Origin: Gemmatimonadales bacterium
Lineage (GTDB): Bacteria; Gemmatimonadota; Gemmatimonadetes; Gemmatimonadales; GWC2-71-9
NCBI GenBank assembly: GCA_038216165.1
Contig: JBBQQJ010000003.1
Coordinates: 1-38,260, forward strand
Direction: 5' to 3'
DNA length: 38,260 nt
Notes under the pieces: generated by a model
The model's database searches: none
The model's input: the letters and a program-made list of their open reading frames with translations, nothing else
Told to the model about the DNA's origin: nothing
Translations under genes and position numbers: made by a program
Shown: positions 27,222 through 36,060 of the stretch, one piece after another
Numbering within the stretch: position 1 is the stretch's first letter
Layout of the letters: each line of letters opens with the position of its first letter

Positions 27222-28105
27222 AGCCCGAGGTCCATCGGCACCGGCACCGCGCCGCTCCAGTCATAGAATCCCTTGCCGTTCTTCCGACCGAGGAGGCCCG
27301 CCGCCACCATGCGCCGCAGCAGCGGCGTGGGGGCGTAGCGCGCCTCGCGGTACTGGTCGAACATGATCTCGCCGATGTGCACCACGGTGTCGAGCCCCAC
27401 CACGTCGAGCAGGGTGAGCGGTCCCATCGGGTGGCCCGCGCCCAGGCGCATGCCGGCATCGATATCGCTGATGCTGCCGACGCCGCGCTCGAGGGCGCGC
27501 ACCGCGTCGAGCAGGTAGGGCACCAGCAGCAGGTTGACGATGAAGCCCGACTCGTCGCGCGCCGTGACGGGGGTCTTGCCCAACCGGTGCACGAACGCCG
27601 TTGCCGCGGCGATCGCCCCGGGGGCGGTCGCCAGGCCGCGCACCACCTCGACGAGGCCCATCATCGGCACGGGATTGAAGAAGTGCAGCCCGAGCATCCG
27701 CTCGGGGTGGGCGCGGCCGGTGGCCTGATCGCCGATCGAGAGCGAGGAGGTGTTGCTCGCAAAGAGCACCTCGGGCCGGCAGATGCGGTCGAGCTGCTCC
27801 CAGAGTGCCTGCTTGGGCTCGAGCGCCTCGATGATCGCCTCGATGACGAGGTCGACGCCCACAAGATCCTCGAGCGCGGGGACGTACTGGATGCGGCCGA
27901 GCGCGGCGTCGCGGTCGGCCGCGGCGAGCTTCCCCTTCTCAACAAATTTGGCGAGCGATGCTTCGATGATCCCGCGCGACCGGTTGACCTGGGCGCCGTT
28001 GCTGTCGTGCACGCGCACCTCGAAGCCGGCGACCGCAGCCACCTGTGCGATCCCACTCCCCATCTGTCCCGCCCCCACGACACCCACAGTCTCGATCGTC
28101 ATCAT
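27218..28105 (-). CDS. hbd: 3-hydroxybutyryl-CoA (3-hydroxyacyl-CoA) dehydrogenase
   Basis: GAGQMGSGIA, EAIIE, SNTSSL, GLHFFNPVP, HPMGPL and GRKNGKGFY motifs. Confidence 0.92.
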   Translation of the reverse strand: MMTIETVGVVGAGQMGSGIAQVAAVAGFEVRVHDSNGAQVNRSRGIIEASLAKFVEKGKLAAADRDAALGRIQYVPALEDLVGVDLVIEAIIEALEPKQALWEQLDRICRPEVLFASNTSSLSIGDQATGRAHPERMLGLHFFNPVPMMGLVEVVRGLATAPGAIAAATAFVHRLGKTPVTARDESGFIVNLLLVPYLLDAVRALERGVGSISDIDAGMRLGAGHPMGPLTLLDVVGLDTVVHIGEIMFDQYREARYAPTPLLRRMVAAGLLGRKNGKGFYDWSGAVPVPMDLGL

Positions 28106-28965
28106 GGCTCCCGAATGGCCTTGCGCACCTCGCGCGTGATGTCACGCACCACATTCCCGACGCCGCGCGCCAGGGTCCCGCTCCCCTCCGCGCCCGAGGG
28201 CAGCGCGGGCCGGGGCGCACGCCGCTCGAGCGCATCGAGGCCGCGTTCGAGACCGAGGCGCGCCCGGTCGGCGACACCCCGGTATCCCCGGGCCACCATC
28301 CAGCCCACCGCGGCCCCGGGGAGCGCGCCGGCGAGCAGGGTGATCTCGGGCGCACCGATCACCACGGCGATCGCGCCCGCACCGGTGGCCAGCGCCGCCA
28401 GCGTGGACCCGCCCGCCACCCACCCGGCGCGCGAGCGGCGCAGCGTGGCGGCAAGCGTCACGTGGCTGAACCCCGCCTCCAGCGGCGTCACGACGGCGGT
28501 GACCAGCTCCGCCTTGTCGAGATACGCCTTGCCGCGACTCGGATCGAACCAGGCGCCCACCTTGCGCATGGCCCCGGCCAGACTATCCAGCGGCTCGAAG
28601 GTGACGCGGCCCGGCACGGCCCGCTGCACGCTGAAGTGCTCATGGCGATCGAGCCACTGCGTGAGCGCCTCGAGGATCTCCAGCTCGGTGCCCTGCACGA
28701 CGCGCGTGGCGACCACGTCGGCAGGGGCGATCCAGCGATCGAGGAGACCCGTCGGCTCGGCCGGCGCGTGGCGGGTCCGCTCCTCGAGCAGCGCCTGCCG
28801 CAACTCCGTCTCGGGGATCCCCACCTCGTGCCCGAGGGCGAGAATCTCCTCCTCGGTGAGGCCGTCGCCGATGTCGCGGCCCGCAGCCTGCAACTCGGCT
28901 GCACGCTGGAGGACGCGCTCGAAGGTGGCGCGGTCGATCCGGGCGGGGAGGCGCGGGCCGGTCAT
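28102..28965 (-). CDS. Conserved hypothetical membrane protein
   Basis: ERVLQRAAELQ...LTEEEILALGHEVGI helical N-terminus, two C-terminal TM helices, ATGA coupling to hbd. Confidence 0.75.
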   Translation of the reverse strand: MTGPRLPARIDRATFERVLQRAAELQAAGRDIGDGLTEEEILALGHEVGIPETELRQALLEERTRHAPAEPTGLLDRWIAPADVVATRVVQGTELEILEALTQWLDRHEHFSVQRAVPGRVTFEPLDSLAGAMRKVGAWFDPSRGKAYLDKAELVTAVVTPLEAGFSHVTLAATLRRSRAGWVAGGSTLAALATGAGAIAVVIGAPEITLLAGALPGAAVGWMVARGYRGVADRARLGLERGLDALERRAPRPALPSGAEGSGTLARGVGNVVRDITREVRKAIREP

Positions 28966-28975
28966 CGGGAGACCC

Positions 28976-30169
28976 TCACCCCCCGAACCCCTCGACGATC
29001 ACCGCGATGCCCTGGCCGCCGCCGATGCAGGCGGACCCCAGGCCGATCCCCCCCCCACGCGCCCGCAGCGCATGCAGCAGGTGCGCCGTGATTCGCGCCC
29101 CGCTCGCCGCGAGCGGATGTCCGATCGCGATGGCGCCGCCGTGCACATTGGTGCGATCGCGATCAAGGCCGAGCTCGCGTTCGACGGCGAGGTACTGCGC
29201 GGCGAACGCCTCGTTCACCTCCACGAGGTGCATCGCGTCGAGGGTGAGTCCGGCATGCTGGAGCGCCCGGCGGGCCGCGGGGACGGGGCCGATCCCCATC
29301 TCGGCCGGCGCCACTCCTGCCACCCCCCAGCCGAGCAGGCGGCCGAGGGGGCGCACCCCGGCCGCTGTCGCGTGCGCCGCGGTCGTGAGCACGAGCATCG
29401 CCGCGCCATCGTTGATGCCGGAGGCAGTGCCCGCGGTCACAGTGCCATCGGGGCGGGTGATCGCCGGAAGCCGTGCCAGCGACTCGACCGTGGTACCGCC
29501 GCGAATGTGCTCGTCGGCCGCCCAGGGCACGTCCGTCTTGGTCTTGCGGTCACGCAGCGGCACGGGGATCACCTCGTCCGCGAACACGCCGGTTGCCCAG
29601 GCGGTCGCTGCCGCCTGTTGCGACCGCACGGCATAGGCCTCACACTCGGCGCGCGAGATGCCGTACTTCCCGGCCAGGTTCTCCGCGGTGTCGCTCATCG
29701 CGCAGCCGCCGAACGAGTCCACGAGTCCCTCGAAGAGCGCGTCCTCGAGCAGGGGCGACGGACCGTACTTGATGCCCCAGCGGGCGCCGCGCACCACGTG
29801 GGGCGCCTGCGACATCGACTCGGTGCCGCCGGCCAGCACCACCGTGGCCTCGCCCAGCAGCAGGCGCTGCGCACCTTGCACCACCGCCTCGAACCCGGAG
29901 CCGCAGAGGCGATTGACCGTCACCGCCGGAGTCTCGATGGGCAACCCCGCCCGCAGACCCACGTGCCGCGCGCAATAGAGCGCGTCACGGGAGGTCTGCA
30001 TGGCGTTGCCGACGATGACGTGATCGACGGTCGCACGGTCGAGGCCCGCGCGGTCGAGGGCCGCGTCCGCGGCGATGACGCCGAGATCGGTGGCGGTGAG
30101 ATCCTTGAGGGTGCCGCCGAAGGTGCCAAACCCCGTCCGGACGGCGGCACAGAAGACAATATCAGTCAT
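28976..30169 (-). CDS. Acetyl-CoA C-acyltransferase (thiolase)
   Basis: NRLCGSG, NEAFA, GHPLAASG and CIGGGQG motifs. Confidence 0.95.
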   Translation of the reverse strand: MTDIVFCAAVRTGFGTFGGTLKDLTATDLGVIAADAALDRAGLDRATVDHVIVGNAMQTSRDALYCARHVGLRAGLPIETPAVTVNRLCGSGFEAVVQGAQRLLLGEATVVLAGGTESMSQAPHVVRGARWGIKYGPSPLLEDALFEGLVDSFGGCAMSDTAENLAGKYGISRAECEAYAVRSQQAAATAWATGVFADEVIPVPLRDRKTKTDVPWAADEHIRGGTTVESLARLPAITRPDGTVTAGTASGINDGAAMLVLTTAAHATAAGVRPLGRLLGWGVAGVAPAEMGIGPVPAARRALQHAGLTLDAMHLVEVNEAFAAQYLAVERELGLDRDRTNVHGGAIAIGHPLAASGARITAHLLHALRARGGGIGLGSACIGGGQGIAVIVEGFGG

Positions 30170-30227
30170 CGGGGGAATCTAGCGAGGGCGGACGCACCGG
30201 AGGGCTGCCTCGGCCCGCCGGACCCGC

Positions 30228-30924
30228 TCACCCCACGGTGGCGCCGCACTCCGGGCAGAATCGCCACGCGCGCTCCAACGTGGTGCCGCACCCGGTGCAC
30301 GCGGGCTGGCGCTGGTCGGCGCCGCACGCGACGCAGAACTTCGCCACGCGCTCGCTCGGCAACTCCTCCCCGCAACTCCAGCACCCCTGGTCGGGCGGCG
30401 TGAAAGCCACTCCGGTGAGGAAGGCCGGTGGCGGCTCCTCCGGCCCGCGGGGGGGCGCGACCGCGGTGGCATCGGCCGGGGCGGCGGCGGGGCGGATCGG
30501 GAAGATGGTGCGCGGGGCAGCCGCCTCGGGCGCGGCCGGCGCGACCTCCACGAGCGTTGGGGGGGGGGGTTGGCATCGGCCGCACGCCCTCGAGCCGGTC
30601 GACTGCATCGTCGGTGAAGGCGAGCGACGCCGAGCGCAGCCGCTGGAGAATGTCGAGATCGGGCACCGTGGCGGCGACCGTCTCGCGCGCCAGCGCTGCG
30701 GCCTCCCCCGGTTCGGTGTGCACCAGCGCCCCCTCCTCGGCGATCAGACGGAGGACCAGCATCTCGTAGTCCTCGCTGGCGTCGATGCCGAGCGATTTCC
30801 GCGCGGTGCGGTAGGGGAGGATGCGATCGAGCAGGGAGCCCACAGCGAGCGGGTCGGTCCGACGGCGACCCTCCTGTTGGCACTCCGCCAGGAGCACCGC
30901 CGCAAAGCGTTCCAGATCGGTCAT
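30228..30924 (-). pseudogene. Double zinc-ribbon protein split by an apparent frameshift in a G11 run (30559-30569)
   Basis: The N-terminal half (MTDLERFAA...GVRPMPT) is in track ORF 30166..30924. The C-terminal half (PTLVEVAP...CWSC...CVAC...CTGC...CPEC) is in ORF 30228..30608. A run of 10 or 13 joins them in frame. Confidence 0.75.
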
Positions 30925-31553
30925 TTCGCCTCCGCGATGGGAAACCGCTCGCCGGCTGCCAGACGCGCCTCGAGGGCGCCGAATGCGGCATCCGGGTCAT
31001 ACGACGCGAACACACCGCCGGCCTGCTTGGCAGCGAGCCAGGCGGGATACCCCGAGGCGACGATTCCCTCCGAGGTGACCTGGGTGGTCGCCGCCCGGAT
31101 GGCGAGGTCGTTGGCGTATTCGTTCTTGGCATGGCCGGCGTGCCCGCGCACCCAGGTGAACTCGGCCTCGTGCCGGTCGAGCGACTGCCACAGCGCCTGC
31201 CACAACGGAAGGTTTTCGATCGGCCCGGTCTTGCGGGTCCACCCGCGCGCCTGCCAGCCCGGCGCCCACTCGCGGATTCCCTTCACGAGATACTCGGAGT
31301 CGCTGATGATCAGCAGCCGAAGGCGGTTGCCCTTCTGGCCGAGGAGCTGCAGCGCCGCGATCGCCCCGGCAAGGGCCATGCGATTGTTGGTGGTCGCCGG
31401 GGCGTGCAGAAAGAAGTCGCGCCGCTCGACGCCCTGCGGGGTGCGGATCTCGACCAGGCCACCCGCACCGCCGGGGTTGTCCCCCGGCTTGCCGTTGCCG
31501 AGGCACGATTCGTCGAGATGGATGACGGCGATGGGCAGCGGTGTGGGCGTCAG
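30921..31553 (-). CDS. rnhA: Ribonuclease HI (atypical active site; probable CTG start)
   Basis: IHLDESCLGNG..NPGGAG, TTNNRM, SDSEYL, WQARGW, ENLPLWQAL and WVRGHAGHAKNE motifs. The first catalytic Asp lies upstream of the first canonical start (31379). Confidence 0.88.
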   Translation of the reverse strand: MTPTPLPIAVIHLDESCLGNGKPGDNPGGAGGLVEIRTPQGVERRDFFLHAPATTNNRMALAGAIAALQLLGQKGNRLRLLIISDSEYLVKGIREWAPGWQARGWTRKTGPIENLPLWQALWQSLDRHEAEFTWVRGHAGHAKNEYANDLAIRAATTQVTSEGIVASGYPAWLAAKQAGGVFASYDPDAAFGALEARLAAGERFPIAEAK

Positions 31554-31774
31554 GAGTCGAGCACCTGGAAGAAGTCGAGGTCGTCGAGCACGAACAACAT
31601 CTCCTCGCCGGTCATCGCCAGGTAGCCCGAGAGCGCCTCGCGCCCGCGCGAACTGGTCAGCGCACTCGCCACGACCACGTACTCGTTGCCGCGCCGACGC
31701 AGGATCACGCGCTTGCGCGTCTGCACCGCGTGCTCGAGCTGTTCCATGCGGGTCGGGGTCCAGCGAAACGCCAT
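31550..31774 (-). CDS. Small hypothetical protein (74 aa)
   Basis: MAFRWTPTRMEQLEHAV...; protein-like composition; stop overlaps the proposed rnhA start. Confidence 0.75.
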   Translation of the reverse strand: MAFRWTPTRMEQLEHAVQTRKRVILRRRGNEYVVVASALTSSRGREALSGYLAMTGEEMLFVLDDLDFFQVLDS

Positions 31775-31840
31775 GGGTGGACCAGGTGGATGAGGCGAAC
31801 GACGATGCGGGAGTGGGGGGAATCTAGCCCCACACCACCG

Positions 31841-32221
31841 CTACCGGCCGAAGAGCCGGCCAATCGCCCAGCCGAGGCCGCCCCCGACCAGTGCGCCCGA
31901 GAGGCCGAGGAGCGGCATCCGGACGGTGCAGTTGGTCTGGTCGTCGTCGTTGTACGAGCAGGCGGCCATCCCGATGAACGTCCCAAAGGCCGCACCCGCC
32001 ACGCCACCCAGCACCAGGCCGACCCCCGACGGGGCCACACGGCGCAGCTCGGCGGCCGGTACCGTCGTACCGATGGTCTCGAAGGGGCGCACGGCCAGCC
32101 GATGCGCCGCCGGCGGGGCCAGCGGTGCCTGCGCCACCAGCGCGATCGGCATGACCATGCCGAGCAGCACGCCCCGCCAACGTATGGACCCGCGTTGCTG
32201 TTCAGCGGATGTTGCACTCAT
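31841..32221 (-). CDS. Hypothetical exported/membrane protein with glycine-zipper helices
   Basis: Signal-like segment, GLVLGGVAGAAFGTFIG - C..C loop - GALVGGGLGWAIG; ATGA coupling to the amidohydrolase. Confidence 0.7.
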   Translation of the reverse strand: MSATSAEQQRGSIRWRGVLLGMVMPIALVAQAPLAPPAAHRLAVRPFETIGTTVPAAELRRVAPSGVGLVLGGVAGAAFGTFIGMAACSYNDDDQTNCTVRMPLLGLSGALVGGGLGWAIGRLFGR

Positions 32222-33564
32222 GGAACATGCTCCGGGTGATCGTTGACCCACTGACCACCGAGCATGACGCGCACAACCTTGCGCGAGTTTCCGATGTCGA
32301 TCAGTGGGTCGCCTCCGAGGACCACGAGGTCGGCCACGGCGTTCGCCTGCAGGCGCCCGAGCGTGTCCGCGCGGAGGAGCTCCGCGCCGCGGACCGTGGC
32401 GGCGCGCAACGCCTCCAGCGGAGTGAGGCCGGCCTGCACGAGCAACGCCATCTCGAGATGCACGCCGGCCCCCGGCACCAGCAACTGGTTCGCGGCATCC
32501 GTGCCGGTGGCCACCCTGCCGCCGGCCGCCGCGAAGACGCGTACGAACCGGTCCTGCAGCCGCCGGGCCGCGCGGAACACGGGATAATCCTCGCGCTCCC
32601 ACCCGGCGCGCGCGATCATCCCCGGGACGTTCCAGTTGGCGCGTGCCGAGTCGGGGACGCTCGCCAGGTCGCTCCGGCGGTAGGTCAGCGAGTCGTCGAG
32701 CCGCGCGAAGGTGTCGTGCAACCCGAGCGTCGGCACGAGGACCACACCCGTGGCGGCAAGGGTCACCGCCACGCGGTCCAGGGCGAGCGTGTCGAGCGTA
32801 CTCCAGCTTGTCTCGACAGCGGTCCACCCGGCAAAGAAGCCGCGGCGATGTGCGGCGAACAGCGCGAGCGAATCGCCAGCGGCCTCGGGGACGCCACTGA
32901 GATGCTCGATCGAGGCGACGCCGAGGGTCGCGGCGGTCAGCGCATCGGTCTGGCCAAGGTGTGCCGCCACCGGGAGGCGATGCGCCCGGGCCCGGGTCAG
33001 CACCGCCGCCAGGAGATCGGGCGTCGCGCCGGTGTAGACCTTGATCCAGTCGGCCCCGGCGCGCACCACGCTGTCGACGGCGCCCTCGGCCGTCGCCGGG
33101 GTCACGGCGATGGCGTCGGCGTAGGTCGTGGGGGGGGCATCGAGCATGGCAACCGCCTGGAACAGTCGCGGGACCGGCCCGGGGTGCGCGCGCAACCGCG
33201 CGGCGAGCGGCAGACCGGCGTGCAGGTCGCGCACACTGGTGACCCCCCACCGGAGCGAGGTGTCGAGCCCCCAGGGCTGCAGGTGGGCGTGGGCGTCGAT
33301 CAACCCGGGAATCAGCCAGCGGCCCGTCAGGTCGGTGCGCCGAGCCCCCCGGGGCACCCGCAGCTCGCTGCGGCGCCCGACCGCGAGGATCCGCGCGTCG
33401 CGCACCAGCACTACGGCATCGGGAATGGTCCGCCCGGCCACGACATCCACCACCGTGGCACCCAACAGGGCCTCCACCCCCGCTCCGGGGGGAGGACCCA
33501 CCTGGCACCCCGCCAGGAGCGCCACCAGCAGGCCGGTGGCCCGGTGGCGGCGCGAAGGCCTCAC
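32218..33564 (-). CDS. Amidohydrolase family protein (possible lipoprotein)
   Basis: LLAGC lipobox, PGLIDAHAH, GVTSVRD, WIKVY, AAH, SIEH, GTDA and ADLVVL motifs. Confidence 0.9.
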   Translation of the reverse strand: MRPSRRHRATGLLVALLAGCQVGPPPGAGVEALLGATVVDVVAGRTIPDAVVLVRDARILAVGRRSELRVPRGARRTDLTGRWLIPGLIDAHAHLQPWGLDTSLRWGVTSVRDLHAGLPLAARLRAHPGPVPRLFQAVAMLDAPPTTYADAIAVTPATAEGAVDSVVRAGADWIKVYTGATPDLLAAVLTRARAHRLPVAAHLGQTDALTAATLGVASIEHLSGVPEAAGDSLALFAAHRRGFFAGWTAVETSWSTLDTLALDRVAVTLAATGVVLVPTLGLHDTFARLDDSLTYRRSDLASVPDSARANWNVPGMIARAGWEREDYPVFRAARRLQDRFVRVFAAAGGRVATGTDAANQLLVPGAGVHLEMALLVQAGLTPLEALRAATVRGAELLRADTLGRLQANAVADLVVLGGDPLIDIGNSRKVVRVMLGGQWVNDHPEHVP

Positions 33565-34184
33565 GACCGCGACCGCGCGGCCTTCTTCGCCGTCACCTTC
33601 GCCTTCGTGGCGGGCTTCTGGTCCGACTTGGCCACCTTCGTGCCTGCCTTTTTCGCTGTCTTGGCCGACGTCTTGGCGGGCTTCTTCGCTGGCTTGGTCG
33701 CCTTCGTGGCCGCCTTCTTCACCGGCTGGGTCGCCTTCGGGGCCGCCTTCTTCTCCGGCTGGGTCGCCTTCGTGGCCGCCTTCTTCACCGGCTGGGTCGC
33801 CTTCGGGGCCGCCTTCTTCACCGGCTGGGTCGCCTTCGGGGCCGCCTTCTTCACCGGCTGGGCCGCCTTCGTGACCGTCTGCTTCACGGTTGCCTTGGCC
33901 GAACCCGCCTTCGTGGCAGCCGCCTTGGCGGCCTTGCTGGCCTTGGCCTCCACCGCACTCGCGGCCTTCGCCGCCTTGGCCTCCACCGCCTTGGCCCGCT
34001 GTTGCACGACCGCCGAGGGACGCGGTGCCGGCGCGGGTTTGGGCTTGGCCCGACGCTTCGGGCGCGGGGCAGGCACGGCACCCGGCGCGGGCTCCGGAAT
34101 CTCCGGGAGGCGGAGCTGCGGGGTGGGGGACTCGGTCCCCTCTTCAAGGGATCCACGGAAATCCAGCAACGATCCTTCGGACAT
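33561..34184 (-). CDS. Histone H1-like Lys/Ala/Pro-rich protein
   Basis: Acidic N-terminus, then repeated KAAPKATQPVK units; AGGAG RBS and TATAAT (34255-34250) upstream. Confidence 0.8.
   Translation of the reverse strand: MSEGSLLDFRGSLEEGTESPTPQLRLPEIPEPAPGAVPAPRPKRRAKPKPAPAPRPSAVVQQRAKAVEAKAAKAASAVEAKASKAAKAAATKAGSAKATVKQTVTKAAQPVKKAAPKATQPVKKAAPKATQPVKKAATKATQPEKKAAPKATQPVKKAATKATKPAKKPAKTSAKTAKKAGTKVAKSDQKPATKAKVTAKKAARSRS
33681..33873. repeat. 33-bp coding tandem repeat, about 6 units
   Basis: cttcttcaccggctgggtcgccttcggggccgc-type units start at 33681, 33714, 33747, 33780, 33813 and 33846. Confidence 0.92.
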
Positions 34185-34297
34185 CGGAGGCTCCTGCAGC
34201 GAAGGCGGTGGAAGGGCGGTTCGGCGGGCCGTGCGGCCGACGACGCGCTATTATATGTCGCGCCCTTTTCCCACTTCTGCAAGGTGTCCACACCCGC

Positions 34298-35338
34298 ATG
34301 CGCGCGCTCTGCCTGACCGCCATCGGCGCCCCGCCGCAGCTCCAAATCCTCGAGCGCCCCGCCCCGCCCCCCGCGGGACCGGGCGAGGTTCGCATCGGCA
34401 TCCGTGCCGTGGCCCTCAACCATCTCGACCTGTGGGTCGCTCGTGGCGCCCCCGGCGTGCCCACGCCGACGTTGCCCCACGTGGTCGGCTGTGACGGGGC
34501 GGGCGAGGTCCTCGAGGTCGGCACCGGGGTGACCCACCTGCAGGTGGGCGACCGGGTCATGATCAATCCGGGGTGGGGCTGCGGCCACTGCGAGGCGTGC
34601 ACCAGCGGCGACGACGTCTACTGCCGGGCGTTCGGGGTGATGGGCGAGCACCGCCCCGGCGCCGCGGCCGAGGAGGTGGTGATCCCGGCCCGTCAGGCGG
34701 TCCCGATCCGGAGCGAGTGGAGCTGGGCCGAGGCCGCCGCCTTCCCGCTCGCCACGCTCACGGCCTGGCGGATGCTCACCACCCGGGCGCGGGTGCAGCC
34801 GGGCGAGGCGGTGCTGATCTGGGGCATCGGGGGGGGCGTGGCGACGCAGGCCCTCCAGATCGCCCGGCACCTCGGGGCCCGCGTGGTGGTGACGTCTTCC
34901 TCCGAGGCCAAGTTGACGGCGGCCACCGCACTTGGTGCCGAGCTCGGGATCAACCACGCCAGCACGGCGGACGTGCCGCGGGCGGTCAAGGCCCACTTCG
35001 GGCACGGGGCCGACGTGATCATCGACTCGGTGGGGTCGGCGACGTGGGAGCCGTCGCTCCGGGCGCTCCGCCCCGGCGGGCGGCTGGTGACCTGCGGGGC
35101 GACCACCGGTCATGCCGTCGAGCTCGACCTGCGCCGCCTGTTCTGGTTCCAGTGGTCGGTACTCGGGTCGACGATGGGCACGCCGGCAGAATTCGCGGCC
35201 ATCGTGGCCCGTGGCGAAGAGGGGCTCCTCCGCCCCATCATTGATGCGGTGCATCCGCTCGCGGACGCACCGACGGCCTGGCGGCAACTCGCCGAGGGTC
35301 GGCAGTTCGGCAAACTCGTGCTTGAGGTGACTCCGTGA
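34298..35338 (+). CDS. Zinc-binding (MDR) alcohol dehydrogenase/quinone reductase family protein
   Basis: LNHLDLW, PHVVGCDGAG, CGHCEAC...C structural Zn site, GIGGGVA and GRLVTCGATTG motifs. Confidence 0.9.
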   Translation: MRALCLTAIGAPPQLQILERPAPPPAGPGEVRIGIRAVALNHLDLWVARGAPGVPTPTLPHVVGCDGAGEVLEVGTGVTHLQVGDRVMINPGWGCGHCEACTSGDDVYCRAFGVMGEHRPGAAAEEVVIPARQAVPIRSEWSWAEAAAFPLATLTAWRMLTTRARVQPGEAVLIWGIGGGVATQALQIARHLGARVVVTSSSEAKLTAATALGAELGINHASTADVPRAVKAHFGHGADVIIDSVGSATWEPSLRALRPGGRLVTCGATTGHAVELDLRRLFWFQWSVLGSTMGTPAEFAAIVARGEEGLLRPIIDAVHPLADAPTAWRQLAEGRQFGKLVLEVTP

Positions 35339-36051
35339 ACGTGCTCCTGGACCGACTCCGCTATGGTGCCGCCGAGCTCTGGTCCATCCTCCCCGCGTTG
35401 CTGGGGGCGGGCCTCATCTTTGTCACCGGCTACGTCGTGGCACGCACCATCGAGCGCTGGGTCGACCGCACCCTGATCCGGCTCGACTTCAACCGGGTCG
35501 CCGAGGAAGGTGGCCTGCGCGAAGTGGTTGACCGCGCCGGTGCGCGCCTCGACCCGGCGCACGCGATCGGCAAGCTGCTCTTCTGGCTCGTGATGCTGAT
35601 CGTGATCCTGCTCGCCTCGGCCGCGCTCGGCCTCGAGAGCATCAACGAGATGTTCTCGATCATGATCGGCTTCATCCCGACGCTCATCAGCGCCATTGTG
35701 ATCGTGATCCTGGGGATGGTGGTCGGGGAGTTCCTGCGCGGCCTGATCCTCGCCTCGGCCGGCACGGTCGAGGGTGTCCCGACGCTGGCCAACGTCACCA
35801 AGGGTGCGGTGGTGGTGGTGGCGATCTTCATGGCGCTGCAGCAGGTGGGGGTGGCCGAGGAGATCGTGATCTCCGGCTTCACGCTGGTGTTCGGTGCGCT
35901 GGCGCTGGCGTTCGGCCTGGCGTTCGGCCTCGGCAACCGGCGTCTGGCGGGGGAGATCACCCGCCGCTGGTATGACCGGATGCGGGAGAGCAACCCGAAG
36001 CCGGAGCCGGTGGATGACGAACCGGCGGACGCGGCACCGTTGCTCGATTGA
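35335..36051 (+). CDS. MscS/CmpX-type transmembrane-helix protein (small-conductance mechanosensitive channel related)
   Basis: Repeated LPALLGA / IPTLISAIVIVILG helices and ALAFGLAFGLG. Confidence 0.8.
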   Translation: MNVLLDRLRYGAAELWSILPALLGAGLIFVTGYVVARTIERWVDRTLIRLDFNRVAEEGGLREVVDRAGARLDPAHAIGKLLFWLVMLIVILLASAALGLESINEMFSIMIGFIPTLISAIVIVILGMVVGEFLRGLILASAGTVEGVPTLANVTKGAVVVVAIFMALQQVGVAEEIVISGFTLVFGALALAFGLAFGLGNRRLAGEITRRWYDRMRESNPKPEPVDDEPADAAPLLD

Positions 36052-36060
36052 GCCGCGGCG

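Noticed and set aside
27206-30403. 1065-aa plus-strand ORF and other long antisense ORFs (506..1471, 11918..13705, 14907..17138, 24155..25978, 32209..34494)
   Set aside because: Shadow ORFs opposite well-supported genes. Stop codons are scarce at this GC content and the translations have no motifs.
27218-34184. PHA-synthesis cluster (thiolase + hydroxybutyryl-CoA dehydrogenase + PhaF-like protein)
   Set aside because: No PHA synthase or PhaB-type SDR, and the histone-like protein lacks a phasin domain.
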